DNA from: Planctomycetota bacterium
GTDB lineage: Bacteria > Planctomycetota > Brocadiia > JAADGH01
Reading direction: 5' to 3'
Assembly: GCA_040755855.1 (NCBI GenBank)
Contig: JBFMAD010000002.1
Location: forward strand, 1-64,000
DNA: 64,000 bases
The notes under the pieces are model-generated. The model was given only the letters and a program-made list of their open reading frames with translations, did not search any database and was not told the DNA's origin. The position numbers were made by a program, and so were the translations under genes. The number at the start of each line of letters is the position of its first letter. The stretch's first letter is position 1. This document shows positions 1 to 9,145 of the stretch, in pieces.

Positions 1-117
1 AAACCCTGTTCTTGTAGCCGCAGGCTTCAGCCTGCGGGGCCGTGATGCGTCAAACCGCACCCGTAAAGGGTGCGGCTACAGTCGGTGTTCGCCTCGCGGG
101 GGTTTTTCAACAACCCC
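1..117. mobile_element. MITE-like element (left TIR cut by window edge) carrying a GTAG-type REP doublet
   Basis: Right TIR GGGTTTTTCAACAACCCC (100-117) is identical to 4764-4781. The window begins with AAACCC, matching the tail of the expected left TIR. Internal inverted pair GTAGCCGCAGGCTTCAGCCTGCG (14-36) / CGCACCCGTAAAGGGTGCGGCTAC (56-79). Confidence 0.7.
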
Positions 118-259
118 ACAGACGGTATTTTATACTCCTCTACGTCGAGCTGATCAATCAGGACGGCGGCGGCGATGTGTTGTTCTACATGGATGACTCG
201 GGAGTTATAAAGGTCAACCCTTATCGTTTAGTAGTTTATCCGACTGCGCCGGCGCGCGG

Positions 260-3067
260 TTAATGCCGTACCCTCACGTCCCTGCCGCCCTCGCCCTCCT
301 GCCGGAGATAGGTCCCCCCCACAAAGAATAGACGCGCCGCATTCCCATCGGCGGCCCTGCCGATCAGAGCGATCTCCGCGTCGGTGGCGAACCCATCCAC
401 TTGCACCTCTCCACCGGAACGGTCTGTGAGGACGAGCGTGTCGGTCCGGTCCGCAAAGCGGAGACAGACGGCCAGGTTCGAACGGCCCTTGGTCGCCGTT
501 ACCATCTCCGGACGGGGGAGGTTGCTGGGTTCGTTCCCTTCGTATGGGATGATGGCATAGGCGAGGAGCGTTGGTCCTTTGGCGCGGAGGCGGATCACCG
601 CGGTGGGGATGGGGCGAAGCTCGTTGTGGCGGCCCGTCGGCATCCAGCCCTGGACGACCGGCTCCTTCTGCCCCTGGATGATCTCGACGTCAATGCCGGA
701 CGGCGTCAGAGGAACAATGGCGACGTTGCCCCCGGTCGGATTGGTCGTCGTCACGACCTGGGTCTCCGGGTTGACGTTCGCCCCTGGCGATTCGAGATGG
801 AAGAGCGACTCGTAGGTGTGCTCCTTGTCATCCGAGGGTTTCAGTTCATCCACCACGATCCAGTAGTCCGGCTTGACGAACAAGACGCGGCGGGTGTGCG
901 TTACGGTCTTGTCCATTTTCTCGCCGTATCCGTCGGCATACGTCCCCTCGGCGTAGTCCACGTCATCGCTGGTGATCCATCGGTTGGGGAGGGCCGTCAT
1001 GGAGCGCCACGTGTCGCGCTGGAGGCGGCGGCTCTGCTCCTCGCCGTCCACCATGATCGTGTTGTGCCCGCGCGTGGAGAGGACGTACTTGCGCCAGTCG
1101 GATCGGTCGTAGGAGTAGTTGCCGGGTTCCGTGATGAGCGTGCGGCCGAAGGCATGGAGGATGAGGTGCAGCTTGTCCTCGTGCTGATGCCCCGTGCCGA
1201 AAGGCCCGGCGTCGAAGAGCAGGTACTTGTCCCGCGAGGTCCCCCCCGTTCGCATGATGTACCATCCGGCGTAGTCCATGGCACAGGAGGCGAACTCCGG
1301 GGAGCGGCCCTCTTTTCCACCGGCGGCGAGGAATCGAAAATCTTCACGGTGAGGAAAGAGGGCGAAACCCTTCTCCATCCATCGCTGGATCGTGCCTCGC
1401 CCCGAGTCATTCAGCGCCGGCGTAGTCCCGTCGGGCATCACGATCCGGACGTAATACTGGAATGTCCGCTCCAGTTTACCGGTAATCTCATCCGGCAATT
1501 TCGTGTCTGTTTGTTTGGCCACATCGAGGAAGCCGAGCGTGTTGCCCACGCTCACGCTGTGGTAGCCCGGCGTCAGCTCCGTCTGCGCGCCGTCGGGGTA
1601 GAACTGGTTGTCGAGTTCCGCGTTCATCCGCTCGATGGCCGTCCGCCGCCAGGTCTCCGCCTCCTTGAACTCCGGCAGCATGACGCCGATGTGGAAGAGG
1701 CCGTTCGTCTCCATCATCCCCCAGTTCGATCCGGCCTTGAAGTGGCGCTCGTCCATCAGGTAGAGGGCATGTTCGCGGAACGAGCGCAGCATGGCGACGT
1801 GCGCCTCCTCGGTGAACGACGGCGAGTGGAGGAAGTAATAGTATGCCGGGAACCACGTCTGCCCCATGCGGATGCCGGCGTCGAGACTGAGCGGCGACCG
1901 GCCGGGGACGTGGTACGGTCCCTGCGCGAAGTGGGCCCCGATGTTCACGGGCATGGCGGCGATCCAGCCTGTCAACTGGGCGACAAACTCCTTCGCATAC
2001 TTCTCGTCCTTCGTCCCCGCGTAGGCCTGGCCGAGCGTCACCCAGTGGGAGTGGCGGTTGAGCGCGATGGCCCACTGGTCGTAGTCGAAGGGGTCCTCAT
2101 TCCACAGGATGTTCTTGCCCAGTTGATGCGGCGGACAGCCGACGAACCGGAATACATGATCCACGATCTGGTCGGCGGCGGCGAGGAAGCCGGCATCGTT
2201 GCGCGGCGAAAGCGGGGGCGGCGCAGGCTTCGTCCGGGCTTTCATGTAGGCGACGAGGGCGCGCCTTGCGGCGGGGATGTCGTCGGCGTGAACGGCGGCC
2301 TTGACCTGCTCAATGCCGGGATAGTCGAGGTCCAGGCTGTTGAAGAACTCGCGCACCATCTCCGCCTCCATCCGCGCGGTGAAGCGAAAATCGTCGAACG
2401 CCCCCCACTCGACGCAGCCCTGGTGGTGGCAGCCCCAGGCCAGGGCGAGGACTACGGATTGCCCAGCGTATCGTCGAAGTTCGGGGGCAAGGTTGTGGCT
2501 CGTCCATTCGCGCCAGTCGCTAATGTCCTGTTGATCCTTGTAAACCAGGGTCCCGCTCTCGGCGAACTCCGAGGCGCGCCAGAGGTTGATCGGCTTGGCG
2601 TGGGTCGGGTCGCTTGCCAGCGCGGCCCACTGCTCCGGCGTGAGGACGTAGAAGCCCACCGCGCCCGCCCGCTCGAAGGGGGGCTTGCTCGCCGCGCAGC
2701 AGGTCTTGTAGCGGAACGACGCCTTCAGCTCGCGGGGCAAGTCTTTCGGGATCGCGTATGTCCGGCCGATGAAGGCGTAGCCGCGGCAGTCGCCCTTCTC
2801 GTCGTCCTCGATGCGGACCGTCGGCCGCTCGCGGTCCTCCCAGACGATGCACCACTTCGGGAGATATCCCTTCTCCGACCATTCTCGCTTCTGGTCGGTG
2901 GGGAGGGCGACGCGCGCCTCCCACGGGCCGTTTGGTGTTGGCATCAGTTGAGCATGGAGAACAGAGCGCGGGACGATGACGATGACCCAAACAGCACACA
3001 ACACAAGGCGCATGGAACGCGACATGCATACCTCCGTTACTGTGGTTCCGGCGGCGGAGACATTCAC
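260..3067 (-). CDS. Heparinase II/III-like (polysaccharide lyase) secreted protein
   Basis: Hydrophobic N-terminus; SNWG..E..GL, DG.Q.ELTPGYH, GHQHEDKL and RGHNTIMVDG motifs typical of Hepar_II_III/alginate lyase proteins; GGGAGGG before the GTG start. Confidence 0.85.
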   Translation of the reverse strand: MNVSAAGTTVTEVCMSRSMRLVLCAVWVIVIVPRSVLHAQLMPTPNGPWEARVALPTDQKREWSEKGYLPKWCIVWEDRERPTVRIEDDEKGDCRGYAFIGRTYAIPKDLPRELKASFRYKTCCAASKPPFERAGAVGFYVLTPEQWAALASDPTHAKPINLWRASEFAESGTLVYKDQQDISDWREWTSHNLAPELRRYAGQSVVLALAWGCHHQGCVEWGAFDDFRFTARMEAEMVREFFNSLDLDYPGIEQVKAAVHADDIPAARRALVAYMKARTKPAPPPLSPRNDAGFLAAADQIVDHVFRFVGCPPHQLGKNILWNEDPFDYDQWAIALNRHSHWVTLGQAYAGTKDEKYAKEFVAQLTGWIAAMPVNIGAHFAQGPYHVPGRSPLSLDAGIRMGQTWFPAYYYFLHSPSFTEEAHVAMLRSFREHALYLMDERHFKAGSNWGMMETNGLFHIGVMLPEFKEAETWRRTAIERMNAELDNQFYPDGAQTELTPGYHSVSVGNTLGFLDVAKQTDTKLPDEITGKLERTFQYYVRIVMPDGTTPALNDSGRGTIQRWMEKGFALFPHREDFRFLAAGGKEGRSPEFASCAMDYAGWYIMRTGGTSRDKYLLFDAGPFGTGHQHEDKLHLILHAFGRTLITEPGNYSYDRSDWRKYVLSTRGHNTIMVDGEEQSRRLQRDTWRSMTALPNRWITSDDVDYAEGTYADGYGEKMDKTVTHTRRVLFVKPDYWIVVDELKPSDDKEHTYESLFHLESPGANVNPETQVVTTTNPTGGNVAIVPLTPSGIDVEIIQGQKEPVVQGWMPTGRHNELRPIPTAVIRLRAKGPTLLAYAIIPYEGNEPSNLPRPEMVTATKGRSNLAVCLRFADRTDTLVLTDRSGGEVQVDGFATDAEIALIGRAADGNAARLFFVGGTYLRQEGEGGRDVRVRH

Positions 3068-3185
3068 GGACCGGCCCTCCCGATGGTTTCGAACCTCCGG
3101 GAGGATTCATCATAGGGACAATGCCGGTGGCTGTAAAGCGGAAAACCCTCGGGGAGTGCATGTAATCTCAATCGCGGGCACAGAC

Positions 3186-3295
3186 TCCCCTCTCCCCGCG
3201 TCTTCGCGGGGGAGAGGGGAAGGGGGTGAGGGATAGGCGGCCTCCGTCGCGCGCCTCACCCCCTTCCCCCTCTCCGGAGACCGGAGAGGGGGGAG
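3186..3295. repeat. Inverted pair of CCCTCACCCCCTTCCCCTCTCC..GGAGAGGGG palindromic repeats
   Basis: Units 3186-3232 and 3254-3295 each contain a CCCCTCTCC/GGAGAGGGG hairpin and are inverted relative to each other. Confidence 0.75.
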
Positions 3296-3380
3296 ACTCC
3301 CGATGAAAGTCACCTGCACCAACCCGCGGGGCGGCGCAAAGCCTCCGGATGCGCAGGGGCAAAGCGATGTCCTCGCGTAT

Positions 3381-3409
3381 TTGACGCCGTCTGCTTCGTG
3401 TGATATACT
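3381..3409 (+). promoter_or_regulatory. Sigma70-type promoter
   Basis: TTGACG-17 bp-TATACT with an extended -10 TG. Confidence 0.6.
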
Positions 3410-3461
3410 ACCTAAAAATCGCCGCATCGTCGTCGAGGCAGGAGTGTGGTGTAGGATCAAT

Positions 3462-3510
3462 TAAGCATGGTGTCCCCGGAACTCCCTAAGCATGGTGTCC
3501 CCGGAACTCC
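3462..3510 (+). repeat. Perfect tandem duplication of TAAGCATGGTGTCCCCGGAACTCC (24 bp, period 25)
   Basis: Copies at 3462-3485 and 3487-3510. Confidence 0.9.
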
Positions 3511-3590
3511 AGACTGGGAACCACAATCTCGATTGGGGGAGTCCTGGGATGCAACATGCGACAGACCACAACGCAAGCGACTAAGGATAC

Positions 3591-4490
3591 ATGCTTAGGA
3601 TGGAAGTTGAGAACCGTTTATTGCCGTGGGCTGGGGTAATACTATTGTCCCTTGGTATGCTTCAAGGGGCTTCCTTCGGGAAACCTCTGGACATGGCCGC
3701 TCTCCCGCTGTGCGGAAGGCTGCGGCAGTTGATGCAAGAACCATTGGGCAAGCGGCGGATAGCGGATGATGAGGCCAAGGCATATGTCAAGATCGTGCAA
3801 GACTTCGTGAGAGAGGGTGGGAGCTCAGATGCCGCCCTGTGTGCAACGCTTCTTCTCGCGTTCGCGGGTGACAATGCGAGCCACCAAGCGCTCATGGAAG
3901 TCCGGCGTTCAAGCGCTTACGCTATCAGCGGTGCCGCCCTATACGCGCTCAGAGTTCGAGCCAGCTCGGAGAAGAAGCCAGAAGCGCAGTTTCAGGTGCT
4001 GTGCGACGACCTGCGTTCTGCTACCGAAGCCCATGAGAAGATGTTCCTCGCCAACCGCATTGCGGTAGACTTTGGAGAAGCCAGCGCACCGATCATTCTG
4101 TCCGTTGCCAGATCTGAGCCTGTGGGGTATGTGAAGTGCGATATGCTGTATTACCTTGCCCAGTCCAGTGATGTCAGCATTGCCAAGGAGATACTCACTT
4201 GGAAGATAAAGAGTGATATATCCGTGGAAATTCCTGAGAGTCTTGCTACAATCATGCTTTCTATAACACCGGGTAGACCGAATGACAGATCAGGATACTG
4301 TTGGGACATGATTCTGCAGAATCTTGCTAAGCGACTCGGAATTCAGCAATATAGTCCATGGGCAATACAGAGCCGTTGGATTAGGATACCACTTGTCGGT
4401 GCCGCTTTGCTTCTTGTTGTAGTCATTTTGGCTATTGCGAGAAGGCGATATATGCTAAAGCATTCGAAACCGGCCCACAGCACACATTGA
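3591..4490 (+). CDS. Hypothetical membrane-anchored protein (signal peptide, helical core, C-terminal TM)
   Basis: 299-aa ORF with AAGGA RBS, N-terminal hydrophobic segment and C-terminal TM followed by RRR. Visibly lower GC than its neighbours. Confidence 0.7.
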   Translation: MLRMEVENRLLPWAGVILLSLGMLQGASFGKPLDMAALPLCGRLRQLMQEPLGKRRIADDEAKAYVKIVQDFVREGGSSDAALCATLLLAFAGDNASHQALMEVRRSSAYAISGAALYALRVRASSEKKPEAQFQVLCDDLRSATEAHEKMFLANRIAVDFGEASAPIILSVARSEPVGYVKCDMLYYLAQSSDVSIAKEILTWKIKSDISVEIPESLATIMLSITPGRPNDRSGYCWDMILQNLAKRLGIQQYSPWAIQSRWIRIPLVGAALLLVVVILAIARRRYMLKHSKPAHSTH

Positions 4491-4653
4491 ATCCGCCTGA
4501 TGCGATAGGCAACGTGATCTGGCCCGATGTGAGATTTGATAGGAGGTATTCTGAGGACATATCACTAATTTAGACTTGGAAGTTAAAGGTCAGACTCTAT
4601 TCTTTTTGCCTGAATGTTCCCCTACCTCGGTCTTGTCTTTCTCTGCCGACAAG

Positions 4654-4781
4654 GGGGTTGTTGAAAAATCCCCAAGCATGTCACCCTGAACGAAGTGAAG
4701 GGTCTCCCCCTCCGAAAGGCTGAGATTCTTCGCTACGCTCAGAATGACAACCTTCGTGCGAATGGGTTTTTCAACAACCCC
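4654..4781. mobile_element. MITE-like element with GGGGTTGTTGAAAAA TIRs carrying a TGTCA..TGACA palindromic repeat
   Basis: GGGGTTGTTGAAAAATCC ... GGGTTTTTCAACAACCCC; internal TGTCACCCTGAACGAAGTGAAGGGTCT / AGATTCTTCGCTACGCTCAGAATGACA. Confidence 0.75.
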
Positions 4782-4788
4782 ACAGGCA

Positions 4789-6789
4789 CTACTTCGCCAG
4801 CGGGTTGCCCCACGCCAGGTCCGTGCACCAGTCGTTCCGGCCGGGGAAGTCCGTCGTCGGCTTCTTCTGGCGGACGCCCAGGCTGAACCTGATCTTCTCG
4901 CCCTTGCGGAGAAGTTTGAGCATTACCATGTTCCGGCCTTTCTTCAGGCGCATATCCGCCCGCTCCGTCGCCGGGGCCCATTTCTGCATCTTGTCGGAGC
5001 GGAAGACCTCCTTCCCGTTCACCCAGATGACACAGCCGTCGTTGCGGCCCAGGAAGAAAAAGACGTCCCGCTCGTCGGGCGAGACGATCTCCCCGGCGAG
5101 ATAGACGCAGCACTCCCCCTCCAAGCCGGTGATCTGCTCGATGTCAATGTCGCTGCCGTGGCAGACGACGACCGCCGGGCGGCCGATGATCTGCGAGCAC
5201 TTCTCATACAGGCCGTCCACGTCGGGGGTCTCTTCATTGATATATTTCCGGCCCAGATCAACGTAGTACCTGCGGCCGAACTTCCCGCGCGGGCTGAGGA
5301 TCTGCTCCTTCGTGATCGCGCCGTTCGGGTCGTCCGGTTTGGCGGGGTCGAGATACACGCCGAGGCACTTCCACAGCATCGCCCCCGACAGGCCGAAGGC
5401 CTCCTCGCACAGCGCCTTCTTCCCCTGCGTGAGCGCGGCGTGGAAGTGATTGGCCTGCTTCCAGTCCGTCGCATCGGCGCGGGCATGGAACGTGAAGGTG
5501 GCGCACGGCTGCGCCCCGGGGAGGAGGCGGATCGTCTGACGCTTCGGCGTCACCTCCCATCCCTTCGGGACGGTGACGGCGATCTCGGCCGTCCCCTTCA
5601 GTTTCGCCCCCGCCGAGTTGATGAGCGTCAGCGTGATCGGCACAGAATCGCCCGGCGCGGCGGAGCAGCCGCATAAATAGTCCACGCGCAGGCGCATCGG
5701 CTCGGATGCCAGCTTCGCAGGAAAAGGGGTCAGGAGCCTTTTCCCGGGACGGCCCGACGGGTGCTGCGCAGAAAAGGCTCCTGACCCCTTTTCCTCGCCG
5801 GTGATCTCGACGCCGGTGGTCAGTGTCTTGGCCAGCCGCGCGCCGACGGCGGCCGTGTCGCGCGCGAGGGCGCTGAGGGTCATCTCCTTCCGGCGGTACT
5901 CGATGCCCATGACCAGCTCGTCGCCGATGATGTCGCGCATCTTCTGGGGAATCCCTGACGCGCCGAGGACCTGGCCGATGAAGGCCCCGGCGGTGGCGAG
6001 GGTGCAGTCGGTGTCGTAGCCGCACTGCAGGGCGCAGAGGATCGTCTTCTCCAGGTCGTTGTCGCCGTAGAGCAGGGCGAGGAACGTGAAGGCGACGTTC
6101 AGCCGCGCGTCGCACGGCTCGGGGTGGCCGGCCAGATAGACGAGCCGCTCGTGGGCCTCCTTCAGGGACAGCCCTTCATCAAATGACCGGAACGCCGACT
6201 CGACGAGCCTCCGCACCGTCAGCCCGGGCTTGAGGTAGTGCATGTGCCGTGCGGCGAGGAGGCGCAGGTCGCTGCAGAAGAAGGCGTCGGCCGCCATGGC
6301 GGAGAGCATCTGCTCGGCGCAGACCGATTCGTCGGTGTGGTCGAGGACGCCGTCCTTCCAGGCATAGGCGGCGGCGAGGTCGGGCGCGCCGGGGAAGACG
6401 TAGCCCCAAATCTCGCTGCGGATGGGGCAGCCCATGCCGCTCTCGAAGAGCTCGTTGTCGAACATGCCGGTGTAGGGCGGCTTGATGCCGACGCGGTAGT
6501 TGCGGCGGAAGTTGCCGTATTCGTTGAAGGGATACCAGCAGCCATCGAGCCAGGCGTCGGCCAGGTCGTCGGGCGTCAGGGACGGTCCCTTCTCCTCCAG
6601 CACCTTGAGCCAGAGAACCTGGAGGTCGAGGTCGTCGTTGGGGGGAAGCTTGTCGGGGATCGTTTCCTCGATGGCGAGGTCAATCCATGCCTTGCACCCC
6701 TCGAAGCGCGCACCGAGCGCGCCGCCGATGGATTTCCCGATCCAGCCGCCGAGGATCTTGTCTTCGTAGTCTTTGTACGAGAGTCTCAT
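4789..6789 (-). CDS. ADP-ribosylglycohydrolase family protein with C-terminal beta-sandwich domains
   Basis: Y.DKILGGWIGK..G..LG..FEG, NDDLD and GYDTDC..ATAG motifs; ATG at 6789 with AAGGA RBS. Confidence 0.85.
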   Translation of the reverse strand: MRLSYKDYEDKILGGWIGKSIGGALGARFEGCKAWIDLAIEETIPDKLPPNDDLDLQVLWLKVLEEKGPSLTPDDLADAWLDGCWYPFNEYGNFRRNYRVGIKPPYTGMFDNELFESGMGCPIRSEIWGYVFPGAPDLAAAYAWKDGVLDHTDESVCAEQMLSAMAADAFFCSDLRLLAARHMHYLKPGLTVRRLVESAFRSFDEGLSLKEAHERLVYLAGHPEPCDARLNVAFTFLALLYGDNDLEKTILCALQCGYDTDCTLATAGAFIGQVLGASGIPQKMRDIIGDELVMGIEYRRKEMTLSALARDTAAVGARLAKTLTTGVEITGEEKGSGAFSAQHPSGRPGKRLLTPFPAKLASEPMRLRVDYLCGCSAAPGDSVPITLTLINSAGAKLKGTAEIAVTVPKGWEVTPKRQTIRLLPGAQPCATFTFHARADATDWKQANHFHAALTQGKKALCEEAFGLSGAMLWKCLGVYLDPAKPDDPNGAITKEQILSPRGKFGRRYYVDLGRKYINEETPDVDGLYEKCSQIIGRPAVVVCHGSDIDIEQITGLEGECCVYLAGEIVSPDERDVFFFLGRNDGCVIWVNGKEVFRSDKMQKWAPATERADMRLKKGRNMVMLKLLRKGEKIRFSLGVRQKKPTTDFPGRNDWCTDLAWGNPLAK
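5720..5794. repeat. 75-bp palindromic element inside the ARH coding sequence
   Basis: Perfect 24-bp inverted repeat GGAAAAGGGGTCAGGAGCCTTTTC / GAAAAGGCTCCTGACCCCTTTTCC with a 27-bp spacer. Confidence 0.9.
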
Positions 6790-6965
6790 GCCACATCCTT
6801 TCCAATCCATTTGGGGATACCGAAAAGAGAGCGGAATTATACCTGGGGCGTCGGCGAAATACCAGTCCTTGACTCGACGTTTGGCTAACTGATACGATAA
6901 TGTGCCTTTGGCGCCCAGGAGACGGAAGTAGGTGTGAATCGGTTGATGGAGAAAGGGAAAAGGAA

Positions 6966-8363
6966 GTGTTGCCACGGAAGCGTACGATCCTGACGGGTTG
7001 GATTCTGGCTTGTCTGATTGCCGCGGCGCTCGGGGCTGACCGCGCCCCGGCGCAATTCAAGGACGGGGACACGGTGTGCGTCATTGGCGACAGCATCACG
7101 CACGGCGGCAAGTATCAGAAGTTCGTCTATCTCTTCTATGCCACGCGATTTCCCGACCGGAAGATCCGAATGGTCAACTGCGGCATTTCGGGCGACACGG
7201 CCGCCGGGGCCGTGCGGCGCTTCGAGTGGGACATCGCCCCGCACAAGCCGACCGTCGCAACGATCCTGCTGGGCATGAACGACGTCGGCCGCGGATACTA
7301 CGGCAAGGACAAGACCGATGAAGCCTCCCGGAAGCGGCAACAGGAGGCCATTGACCGCTACGCGGAGAACATGAAGCAGCTCGCTCAACTGCTGAAGAAG
7401 GCCAAGTGCGAGATCATCTTCCTCACGCCGACGATCTACGAACAGGTGGCGGAGATGGAGACGCCGAACGATTTCGGCGTGAACGACGCCCTGGGGGCCT
7501 GCGGCGCGGAGGGGAAGAAGCTGGCGAAGAAGCACCGCGCAGGCGTGGTGGACGTCTGGGCAATGATGAACGAGGTCAGCGCCGGGCATCAGAAGGACGA
7601 CGCCACGTTCACGATCGTCGGCAAGGACCGGGTCCATCCCGGGGATGTGGGCCACTTCATTGTGGCATACGCCATCCTCAAGGCGCAGGGCATCCCCCCA
7701 TGTGTATCCAAGATGGCCATTGATGCGAAGAAGGGCAAAGCGACGGAGGAGACCAACTGCAAGATCAGCGCGCTCAAAGCGAGCGAGACGGAGGTGGTGT
7801 TTGACTGCCTGGAGAACGCCCTGCCCTACCCCGTTGCTGAGGCCGAGAGGCCCGCGCTGGAACTCGCGCCCTTCGAGAAGGAACTGAATCAGGAAGTCCT
7901 GATTGTGGACGGCCTCGCCCCCGGAACATACGAGCTTGCCATTGACGACAGCGCGGTCGGTGAGTACTCGGCGGAGCAACTGAAGGCCGGGATCAATCTG
8001 GCGGACATCCCCGACACGCCGCAGCATAAGCAGGCCGTCGAGGTGCAGAAGCTGAACGACCTGCGGCACAGCCTGGAATCGGGACGGATTCGGGTGCTGG
8101 CCCAGATGCGGCACGGCGTGCTCAGCGCCCAGAACATTGATCCCGACAATTTTGAGACCGCGAAGAAGGCGCTGCTCGACAAGCTGGAACAGATGAAGGC
8201 GGAGAACTCGAAATACTACAACTACTACAAGGGGCAGACCGAGCGGTACCTGGAATGCAAACCCAAGGAGAAGGAAACCATCAAGGAATGGGAGGAGGCC
8301 ATAACCGGCATGTATGAGGTCAACAAGCCGAAGCCTCACCGATTTGTGATCCGAAAGAAGTAG
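6966..8363 (+). CDS. SGNH/GDSL hydrolase (secreted esterase)
   Basis: GDSIT, N.GISGDT, GMND and DRVHP blocks; signal peptide. Start approximate. Confidence 0.88.
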   Translation: MLPRKRTILTGWILACLIAAALGADRAPAQFKDGDTVCVIGDSITHGGKYQKFVYLFYATRFPDRKIRMVNCGISGDTAAGAVRRFEWDIAPHKPTVATILLGMNDVGRGYYGKDKTDEASRKRQQEAIDRYAENMKQLAQLLKKAKCEIIFLTPTIYEQVAEMETPNDFGVNDALGACGAEGKKLAKKHRAGVVDVWAMMNEVSAGHQKDDATFTIVGKDRVHPGDVGHFIVAYAILKAQGIPPCVSKMAIDAKKGKATEETNCKISALKASETEVVFDCLENALPYPVAEAERPALELAPFEKELNQEVLIVDGLAPGTYELAIDDSAVGEYSAEQLKAGINLADIPDTPQHKQAVEVQKLNDLRHSLESGRIRVLAQMRHGVLSAQNIDPDNFETAKKALLDKLEQMKAENSKYYNYYKGQTERYLECKPKEKETIKEWEEAITGMYEVNKPKPHRFVIRKK

Positions 8364-8386
8364 GCGACGAGCAGGAGCATGCGGTT

Positions 8387-9145
8387 GTGATCATTGACTG
8401 CCACGTCCACTTCCGCCCCGGCGGGATGAGCGTCGAGAAGCGGGCCGACATGCTGGTTCGCTTTGCGGACCGGATGGGCATCGGCAAGATGTGCGTCTCG
8501 TGCGGTCCCTCGCTGAAGTCGCCCTACCAGTCGCCGCCGGCCGAGTTCGTGGAACAGAACGATGTCGTGCTGGGCCAGATGGCGCGCTATCCGGATCGCT
8601 TCGTCGGTTTCTGCTACGTGAACCCTGTCCACGAGAAGGAATCGCTGGACGAGATGCAGCGGTGCGTCGTCGAGGGTGGAATGCGGGGCATCAAACTCCT
8701 GTGCGGCCTCTTCTGTAACGATCCACGCATGGACCCCGTCATCGAGCGGGCCATCGAGCTGGACGCGCCGGTCCTGCAACACACATGGAAGAAGGTTACG
8801 GGGAACCTAAAATTCGAATCAACGCCCGATCACTTCGCCGATCTGGCTGCGCGCTACCCCGACGCCAAGCTGATCTTCGGCCACGTCGGCGGCGACTGGG
8901 AGTATGGCATCAAGACCGTGAAGCATCATCGCAACACCTACCTCGAAACGGCCGGAGGGAATCCGGAGGCGGGATTTGTCGAGATGGCCGTCCGCGAGGT
9001 CGGCGCGGAACGGGTGGTCTATGGTTCTGACGCGGCCGGGCGCAGCTTCGCCTCGCAGATCGGGAAGGTCTACGGCGCGGACATATCGGACAGAGAACGG
9101 GAACTGATCCTCGGTAAAAATATGGAAAGGATACTGAACCTATGA
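8387..9145 (+). CDS. Amidohydrolase family protein
   Basis: IIDCHVH, GIKL, QHT, GHVGG and VVYGSD motifs. Confidence 0.88.
   Translation: MIIDCHVHFRPGGMSVEKRADMLVRFADRMGIGKMCVSCGPSLKSPYQSPPAEFVEQNDVVLGQMARYPDRFVGFCYVNPVHEKESLDEMQRCVVEGGMRGIKLLCGLFCNDPRMDPVIERAIELDAPVLQHTWKKVTGNLKFESTPDHFADLAARYPDAKLIFGHVGGDWEYGIKTVKHHRNTYLETAGGNPEAGFVEMAVREVGAERVVYGSDAAGRSFASQIGKVYGADISDRERELILGKNMERILNL

Noticed and set aside
401..3115. Long antisense ORFs (also 6885-8339, 11869-13821, 20725-22785, 22740-25142, 38249-40276, 46436-48295 and others)
   Set aside because: Shadow frames of high-GC coding genes on the opposite strand, with no recognisable motifs.
3330..3352. GGCGCAAAGCCTCCGG resembles part of a c-di-GMP-I riboswitch
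   Set aside because: The upstream GGCAAACC..GAAA stem is absent and the motif lies upstream of the predicted promoter.
3462..3510. Direct repeat as a possible CRISPR array
   Set aside because: Only two copies separated by 1 nt, with no spacers and no cas genes.
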